In this document: in pieces, positions 58,929 through 64,000 of the stretch
Position numbering within the stretch: position 1 is the first letter of the stretch
Layout of the letters: the number at the start of each line of letters is the position of its first letter
From: Escherichia phage vB_EcoP_HC-25922
Sequence record: OQ555404.1
Direction: 5' to 3' (one strand)
Length of the DNA: 64,000 bases
The notes under the pieces: model-generated
What the model was told of the DNA's origin: nothing
Seen by the model: only the letters and a program-made list of their open reading frames with translations
Databases searched by the model: none
Program-made: the position numbers and the translations under genes

Positions 58929-59143
58929 TGATAGTTGCGAGTGACCACGTTTCCGTGGATAAGGAAGTGCTGGCGGCGAAGGATATCTTTAACGTTGTAA
59001 TAGGCAGCGTTTCCTAGATGACCTTCTTTAATAAGCCAACGAAGATTACGGATATCAACCAACAGCATTTTTACTTGCTGTTGGCATGAAGTTTGAGCCG
59101 CTGTTTCAAGTAGAGCTTTCGTATCAGAATAATGACCAGACAT
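58889..59143 (-). CDS. hypothetical small protein
   Basis: 84 aa ORF. Confidence 0.3.
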   Translation of the reverse strand: MSGHYSDTKALLETAAQTSCQQQVKMLLVDIRNLRWLIKEGHLGNAAYYNVKDILRRQHFLIHGNVVTRNYQWNGQWLQQRMSS

Positions 59144-59144
59144 A

Positions 59145-59471
59145 TCACCACTCCTTACCTGTTGTTGTCACAGAACCACCACACAGCTCACCACGGGAGA
59201 TGAAGTCATAACGTGACCAATCACCTTGGGTAGCCATATCACGATCTGCATAAGCTTTCTCGTCAACAGCACCGCCATTGGAACAAGAAGCACCAGCATA
59301 ACGCATATCAATTTCACCACTAGGAATCTTCTCCCCGCTATGCCAACGGGAAACGCATACACCCTCTACAGCTACTGCACACCACCCATCAGGACGATGC
59401 TGTACACAGCCTGTAAGAGCTACACAGGCGATAAAGATACAGGTTAAGGTAATTACACCACCCCAGCTCAT
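59145..59471 (-). CDS. putative lipoprotein, Cys-rich
   Basis: signal peptide with lipobox LTGC, then a Cys-rich soluble part. Confidence 0.4.
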   Translation of the reverse strand: MSWGGVITLTCIFIACVALTGCVQHRPDGWCAVAVEGVCVSRWHSGEKIPSGEIDMRYAGASCSNGGAVDEKAYADRDMATQGDWSRYDFISRGELCGGSVTTTGKEW

Positions 59472-59626
59472 GATCCCTCCTGAAGCGCCTTACGGCGGCT
59501 ATCTCGCCAAGCCATCCATAGGTAGGTTTTAAGTTCTTCTCTTTCTTCTTCGCTGAACAAAGGAGAAGTAAAGATATCATCGAACCACTCATTAAACTCA
59601 GGGGTCATAAACCCTCCTATTTGATT

Positions 59627-59653
59627 TGGTGGACTATCTGGAATCGAACCAGA
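59627..59653 (-). other. tRNA 3'-half-like fragment (T-arm plus acceptor 3' strand)
   Basis: minus-strand TCTGG-TTCGATT-CCAGA T-arm followed by TAGTCCACCA; no complementary 5' acceptor strand found. Confidence 0.3.
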
Positions 59654-59752
59654 AGCTCACTAAGAAAGCAATTCCCACTGTTATAAAAGCACTTGCCTCA
59701 ACAGGGATACACTAACTCTGGTGCCGTACCCATACTAGCCCTTGTTTAAAAT

Positions 59753-59780
59753 TGGTCGGGACGGAAGGATTCGAACCCTC
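59753..59780 (-). other. tRNA 3'-half-like fragment ending in CCA
   Basis: minus-strand GAGGG-TTCGAAT-CCTTC T-arm followed by CGTCCCG-A-CCA; no room for a full tRNA. Confidence 0.3.
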
Positions 59781-59804
59781 CTACGTTGATTTAAAAGCTC
59801 TTAG

Positions 59805-59883
<79 letters not shown>

Positions 59884-59906
59884 ATTAAGAGCTTTCAATA
59901 TTTTGT

Positions 59907-60116
59907 TTAACTGAAAATACGCAAGGCCACATCATGACCGATATGACCGGGAACTTTGTGCTGCTCTATTTTCAAACAGAGTTTACAAACACGAGACACA
60001 CGAGACTCTTTCGCTTCGACTGGAGTGTCTTTAGCGTGAGTGATGTGTAGGTTTTCAGTGATCACCCACTCGTGTTTACATCCAGAATCTTCGGGCTTTT
60101 TCTTACGAAAGAACAT
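59907..60116 (-). CDS. small Cys/His protein, tandem paralog 1
   Basis: CKHEW...RVCKLC; start set at internal MFFRKKK. Confidence 0.35.
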   Translation of the reverse strand: MFFRKKKPEDSGCKHEWVITENLHITHAKDTPVEAKESRVSRVCKLCLKIEQHKVPGHIGHDVALRIFS

Positions 60117-60124
60117 AACACCTC

Positions 60125-60289
60125 TTAGATCAGATCTGTTTTCTTGTGCAGACCACACACTTTACAGCGAGAGTAGATACGCAACCCTTGTCGCTCTCTG
60201 TCAGTAAGTTTATTTGTGATCGTCAGTTCATAAGTATGAAGATCTTCCCACTCATGGAAATGAAAGAAACGTTTGAACCATTTAATCAT
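60125..60289 (-). CDS. small Cys/His protein, tandem paralog 2 (54 aa, below ORF-track cutoff)
   Basis: MIKWFKRFFHFHEWEDL...RCKVCGLHKKTDLI read from the minus strand. Confidence 0.35.
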   Translation of the reverse strand: MIKWFKRFFHFHEWEDLHTYELTITNKLTDRERQGLRIYSRCKVCGLHKKTDLI

Positions 60290-60298
60290 AATGATTCC

Positions 60299-60460
60299 TT
60301 AGATTACATCACGATGACTAACATCACCACACACCTTACACTGAATAACGTAACGTGTGCCCTTGTCATTGTTCCCATCTGAATCTGTATAGACCAGAGG
60401 ACGGGTGTTAATAATCTTCCAATCATGACAATGGAAGACACGCTTTAGCCATTTAATCAT
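60299..60460 (-). CDS. small Cys/His protein, tandem paralog 3
   Basis: MIKWLKRVFHCHDWKII...QCKVCGDVSHRDVI; start set at internal MIKW. Confidence 0.35.
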   Translation of the reverse strand: MIKWLKRVFHCHDWKIINTRPLVYTDSDGNNDKGTRYVIQCKVCGDVSHRDVI

Positions 60461-60461
60461 A

Positions 60462-60719
60462 CTAAGCACACGCCGGTAATTCAATTAACTGAGGAGTACG
60501 ACAAGGGCCATCCTCATACACACCTACTAGTGTTGGCATGTAAGGCCCAGCGCACTGGTATTCATCGAACAGTTCATTGTAAGTAGGCTTCCACTTCCAA
60601 GCCCACACATAACCCATTCGATCAATGGCAATGTAACGAGTGTTCAGAGGAACCTGCATCATCACATCACCAACTGCTATTACTTTCGTAATAACTACTG
60701 CTCGGAAGTTTGTCTTCAT
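60462..60719 (-). CDS. hypothetical small protein
   Basis: 85 aa ORF. Confidence 0.35.
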   Translation of the reverse strand: MKTNFRAVVITKVIAVGDVMMQVPLNTRYIAIDRMGYVWAWKWKPTYNELFDEYQCAGPYMPTLVGVYEDGPCRTPQLIELPACA

Positions 60720-61024
60720 GACTTTGCAGCCTCCATCATTTTATTCATTTTAGCCACACCTTTACGGATAAGAGGCATAAATTCATCAGCCAGTTCAGTG
60801 GATAAAAGTTTAAGCCCGCCTGATTTAATACCGTTCACCGCCTTCTCAACTTCATCCGACAGCAATGTCATTGTTAACCACGGGGATTTTATTACCACAG
60901 TAAAGCCCGGTTCATACCGCGAGTGACTGTAGGTGAACTCTAAATGAGTAACACCGGGCATCTTAGACATTTGAGCACGGATATCTACATTAGGGTTGCA
61001 GCGAGTTGAAGATGAAATTGTCAT
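60716..61024 (-). CDS. hypothetical protein
   Basis: 102 aa ORF. Confidence 0.4.
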   Translation of the reverse strand: MTISSSTRCNPNVDIRAQMSKMPGVTHLEFTYSHSRYEPGFTVVIKSPWLTMTLLSDEVEKAVNGIKSGGLKLLSTELADEFMPLIRKGVAKMNKMMEAAKS

Positions 61025-61272
61025 GGCGCTTTAATCTCAATCTGAACGTTGACGACGAATACAGTATGGTTTGCACTGTACACTGAAGTGCCTATGATTG
61101 GCTTATCATCACTGAGGATTTCAACAGCGTGCTCAAGGTTAATCTTCAGATGAAGACGCCCTGATTCCATGAAGAAATCACCAGCACGTATCTCACCGAA
61201 CTTAGCTGGCACACCGATAGAGGGTATCAGTATGTCAGTGCGACCTTTACGGTCAAATAAACGATTGAACAT
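61021..61272 (-). CDS. small protein, GD.F-family paralog
   Basis: FGEIRAGDFFME...RLHLKIN. Confidence 0.35.
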   Translation of the reverse strand: MFNRLFDRKGRTDILIPSIGVPAKFGEIRAGDFFMESGRLHLKINLEHAVEILSDDKPIIGTSVYSANHTVFVVNVQIEIKAP

Positions 61273-61281
61273 ATCAACCCC

Positions 61282-61491
61282 TTATGTAATATCAACCTCA
61301 AACCAACAGGTAAGAGCTTTTTCATTGTTGCGTTTTGGCTCAAAGGATTTAACAACCGATAATACTCGGCGCTGTTCTCCATCAAACCAGATAGTTTCAT
61401 CTTTTTCAGGGAGTAGGTTGTGTGCAGCACAAACGATTTCACCTAGCACAACCTGTCTGCCATCTTGCTTACGAACTAAACGAATGTTCAT
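61282..61491 (-). CDS. hypothetical small protein
   Basis: start set at MNIRLVRK with AGAGAGG RBS after the terminator. Confidence 0.35.
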   Translation of the reverse strand: MNIRLVRKQDGRQVVLGEIVCAAHNLLPEKDETIWFDGEQRRVLSVVKSFEPKRNNEKALTCWFEVDIT

Positions 61492-61534
61492 AACAACCTC
61501 TCTTGTTAGTTTAAGTAAGAGTTGTCCCTTAATT

Positions 61535-61567
61535 AAAACAACAAAGGCCACCCCTAAGGGCAGCCTC
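61535..61567 (-). terminator. rho-independent terminator (minus strand)
   Basis: minus-strand GGCTGCCC-TTAG-GGGTGGCC followed by TTTGTTGTTTT. Confidence 0.5.
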
Positions 61568-61571
61568 TTAT

Positions 61572-61775
61572 TTAAGCGCAAGCACTACGCAGTTTGTTAT
61601 TCAAGAAGCGATCTTCTGCATTATACAGGAATGCATAGAACAACTCTTTTGCTACATCCCGATCGCAATTGAGACATTTAGAGATCTGTAACAACAAACC
61701 ATCACGACTATTAGGATGGTCAATTATCGCAAGACGAATAATCTCACGAATACCAATGTCATGCTCAGCCGCCAT
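61572..61775 (-). CDS. hypothetical small protein
   Basis: ORF 61572-61787 taken from its internal ATG (MAAEHD). Confidence 0.3.
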   Translation of the reverse strand: MAAEHDIGIREIIRLAIIDHPNSRDGLLLQISKCLNCDRDVAKELFYAFLYNAEDRFLNNKLRSACA

Positions 61776-61905
61776 AGAACCAATCACCCTGACGTTTACG
61801 AATGTTAGTTGTCAGACGAAGCATGGCAGACTCAATCTTCAGAGCACCATTTGCTACTGCATCCATACGTTCAGGACGGTTCATACGTTTGGTTGTCTTT
61901 TTCAT
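61765..61905 (-). CDS. small basic protein (46 aa, below ORF-track cutoff)
   Basis: MKKTTKRMNRPERMDAVANGALKIESAMLRLTTNIRKRQGDWFYGG. Confidence 0.3.
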   Translation of the reverse strand: MKKTTKRMNRPERMDAVANGALKIESAMLRLTTNIRKRQGDWFYGG

Positions 61906-62085
61906 AATGTTCTCTCTTTATTGATGGAGGCAGGATTGCCAGTTAATATAAAGGGAAGCCCTACACGTCAAGGCTTCCGCTTGTACAAACTGTCGAGAAC
62001 TCTCTACCCCTAGATTGTTCTCTATCCCAAACCGATACATACCCCTACATATCGGAATGCCATTCGAAAATTAACAGGTTTTAGT

Positions 62086-62212
62086 CTATCACCGGATGTT
62101 TGAGACAAGTCTCTCCCTAGCGGTGAGCCATATGGCGTTGAGATTATAGTTAATTGAGGAACATCCTCACATAGCCCTCTGATAAACACAAGAGCTATAA
62201 GTCGATGTTACT
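62086..62212 (-). repeat. conserved noncoding element, copy B
   Basis: second copy of the element at 56297-56433, same orientation, again abutting the stop of a GD.F-family gene. Confidence 0.5.
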
Positions 62213-62432
62213 TGTTGGTTAGTCGTGCGTTAGGTACAGGTCTGACTACAGTCGATTTACACTCAGAATCACGCTTACCTGTATAAAGGTTAACAAAATA
62301 ACTTTTGTTTTCACCATAACACGCAGTACGCATGTAGTATTGAGTTTCATTGTAGTTAAACTGGAAGACTTCACCCGGATTTAGGTCTCCGAGAGTTACA
62401 ACCTCTGGCGTACTATCAATGTCAATCTTCAT
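62208..62432 (-). CDS. small protein, GD.F-family paralog
   Basis: VTLGDLNPGEVFQF...QYYMRTA. Confidence 0.4.
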   Translation of the reverse strand: MKIDIDSTPEVVTLGDLNPGEVFQFNYNETQYYMRTACYGENKSYFVNLYTGKRDSECKSTVVRPVPNARLTNK

Positions 62433-62663
62433 TTAACCACCAATATTAGTCACTTGAACATCAAATACAGGGATAACTTCATGATGTTCCTGTAACTGGA
62501 ATAGTGTTCCCTGACGAAGACCAACCACACGATGCATATCATTCAGGCAGGTGTCTGTCTTTAGATAGAGGTGTTCAGAGTTAGTTGGTAGACGGAATAC
62601 GTCACCCGGACGTAGATCGCTGAGCTTTTTAGTAACAACTAAAGATGGGAGATTAATTTTCAT
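62433..62663 (-). CDS. small protein, GD.F-family paralog
   Basis: KLSDLRPGDVFRL...HLYLKTD. Confidence 0.4.
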   Translation of the reverse strand: MKINLPSLVVTKKLSDLRPGDVFRLPTNSEHLYLKTDTCLNDMHRVVGLRQGTLFQLQEHHEVIPVFDVQVTNIGG

Positions 62664-62854
62664 TTGATTAACACCAAATCAGTACGACGTTCGAAGGAAG
62701 GGGAGGATTCACCATTCCACTGAACAAGATAACAGAGAACACCATCAATCGTTGTTCTCCGACGAATAACACCTGTAACAGTTCCACCAACAAGGCGAAC
62801 GGTGTCGCCAACGGTAAATTTAACCTTTGAGCGCATCTCCCGTTTCCTCATTCT
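62660..62854 (-). CDS. hypothetical small protein
   Basis: C-terminal part of ORF 62660-62989 from an internal Met (KFTVGDTVRLVGG...). Confidence 0.3.
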   Translation of the reverse strand, partial: RMRKREMRSKVKFTVGDTVRLVGGTVTGVIRRRTTIDGVLCYLVQWNGESSPSFERRTDLVLIK

Positions 62855-63125
62855 GGCGTTTAATTTCTTCAGTGAGTTGCTTATTAAGATCTTGAATACG
62901 TTTAATCTCCCAACCCAAAGAAGCCAAACGATCGTTACGTGCTTCGATTTGTTCCTGCATTTTAAGTAATTTGGAACGAACATCAGCATTAAAAACTTCT
63001 TCTTGCTTAAGAAGGAACTCGTAACGACGCTTCCAGCTTGCTGATTTGTTTCTTAAAATAATAAATCCTAGAGTAGAAACAGTTACAGTGAGTACGAAAA
63101 GGAACTTATAAACCTCTAAAGACAT
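62820..63125 (-). CDS. membrane-anchored coiled-coil protein
   Basis: N-terminal transmembrane segment FLFVLTVTVSTLGFIIL then helical region. Confidence 0.4.
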   Translation of the reverse strand: MSLEVYKFLFVLTVTVSTLGFIILRNKSASWKRRYEFLLKQEEVFNADVRSKLLKMQEQIEARNDRLASLGWEIKRIQDLNKQLTEEIKRQNEETGDALKG

Positions 63126-63326
63126 ATCTTTATCCTCTTAAAGTAAGATATTATAAGAAATATTATTTAGAATTTATTATTTCTAAACTTAATTCCTATC
63201 AATAATTTTCAGAGGTCTATATACAGTCATTACCTCTGGTCCCAAATCACTTCCACTTTTTACAGAGAAAATCATAAGTGTGTGATTTATAAGGAAATTT
63301 AGTTTGTCAATATTGGCACTTATGAA

Positions 63327-63713
63327 TCAGTCACGGGAGCTATTATTGAACACTAAATCACCACAATACATCGGATTGGTATACCACTTTGGCACCCCTT
63401 CGCTCTTACTCTGAAAGTATGTACCGCTGTACAAAGGCACATAACCTTTCTTCAGTGCACGCCTTGCAAGCCGCTCGCTCTCTCTGATTGATTTCTTTAT
63501 CAGAGGGTTATCATCACGAATTAGCTTTACATAACGCTTAAAAGGTTTCTCCTTCTTTAATAGGACGGGTATCCACTCGAACTGGTTTCGTTGATTTATA
63601 ACCTGCTCGGCAGTCAGTTTTCGTTGTGACATTCTGTTTATTACGGTATCCGCTACTAATGCTTTGCAAGCGGTTGGCTGATTCCCTGCCTCATAATAAA
63701 TAGTCAATGTCAA
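63327..63713 (-). CDS. SleB-like cell wall hydrolase domain protein
   Basis: IYYEAG.QP..CKALVADTVINR...QFEW and C-terminal YF....P.WYTNP...GDLVF parallel SleB-type hydrolase motifs; start is non-ATG (TTG) and uncertain. Confidence 0.45.
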   Translation of the reverse strand: MTLTIYYEAGNQPTACKALVADTVINRMSQRKLTAEQVINQRNQFEWIPVLLKKEKPFKRYVKLIRDDNPLIKKSIRESERLARRALKKGYVPLYSGTYFQSKSEGVPKWYTNPMYCGDLVFNNSSRD

Positions 63714-63763
63714 AAGTAGCTGGGCTGTCGTTATCAGAACTTACTACCCCCTTGTTTTACGGG

Positions 63764-63791
63764 CATAAAAAAGCCCCATCCGAAGACGGGG
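63764..63791 (-). terminator. rho-independent terminator (minus strand)
   Basis: minus-strand CCCCGTC-TTCG-GATGGGG followed by CTTTTTTAT. Confidence 0.6.
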
Positions 63792-63845
63792 CGGCCTGAA
63801 AAGTGAACATGACTTCACTCATTTAAGAATCCTCGTAAAGACTCT

Positions 63846-63870
63846 TAAAAAAGAGGCCTCGTTAAAGGCC
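63846..63870 (-). terminator. rho-independent terminator (minus strand)
   Basis: minus-strand GGCCT-TTAACG-AGGCC followed by TCTTTTTT. Confidence 0.5.
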
Positions 63871-63950
63871 CGGTCAAATGACCATCCAATAGGGATTGAA
63901 CCATGCCAATGATTCACAAAGGGAGTTCCCTTTAGGCATCACTAGCTACG

Positions 63951-63972
63951 AAAAAAGCCGCACAAAGGCGGC
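63951..63972 (-). terminator. rho-independent terminator (minus strand)
   Basis: minus-strand GCCGC-CTTTGT-GCGGC followed by TTTTTT. Confidence 0.55.
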
Positions 63973-64000
63973 AGACAAAGACGCTCAAGAAGAGCGTCAT

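Noticed and set aside
59627-59780. Two additional complete tRNA genes
   Set aside because: Both have a T-arm and acceptor 3' strand but no complementary 5' acceptor strand within reach, and the second would overlap the tRNA-like gene at 59805-59883; kept only as fragments.
63126-63326. Sigma70-type promoter in the AT-rich spacer upstream of 62820-63125
   Set aside because: A TATAAT hexamer is present about 25 nt before the ATG but there is no convincing -35 at 16-18 nt spacing; in this AT-rich context the match is not distinctive.

Overview
The window reads as about 64 kb of a virulent tailed dsDNA phage genome with two convergent gene blocks. All calls rest on motifs read by eye from the supplied translations and sequence; no homology search, fold prediction or tRNA scan was run. 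Plus strand 33-24567 is the late/structural module: scaffold-like acidic protein, major capsid protein with a -1 frameshift extension into two Ig-like repeats, tail fibers (one ending in a peptidase-S74-type chaperone domain), a T4-type lysozyme, an SLT-domain internal protein, two Q/N-rich paralogs and a 1481-aa internal virion protein, punctuated by rho-independent terminators. Minus strand 24685-63713 carries replication and nucleotide metabolism (family A DNA polymerase without exonuclease domain, standalone DEDDy exonuclease, T7 gp4-like primase-helicase, gp2.5-like SSB, 5'-3' exonuclease, HNH, dCTP deaminase, a ThyX homolog with an altered signature motif, P-loop dNMP kinase-like protein, thioredoxin, PhoH, Dps-like protein), an ECF-like sigma factor, an overlapping spanin pair, tRNA-like elements and several families of small paralogous genes. 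The strongest candidate for an undescribed system is the 45.6-55.7 kb cluster of ATP-grasp ligase, class II glutamine amidotransferase (apparently initiated at AUU), two amidoligase-like proteins and a GGCT-like protein with four unknown proteins. No integrase, CRISPR array or rRNA was seen. Coordinates I derived myself (adjusted starts, small ORFs, motifs) may be off by 1-2 nt.
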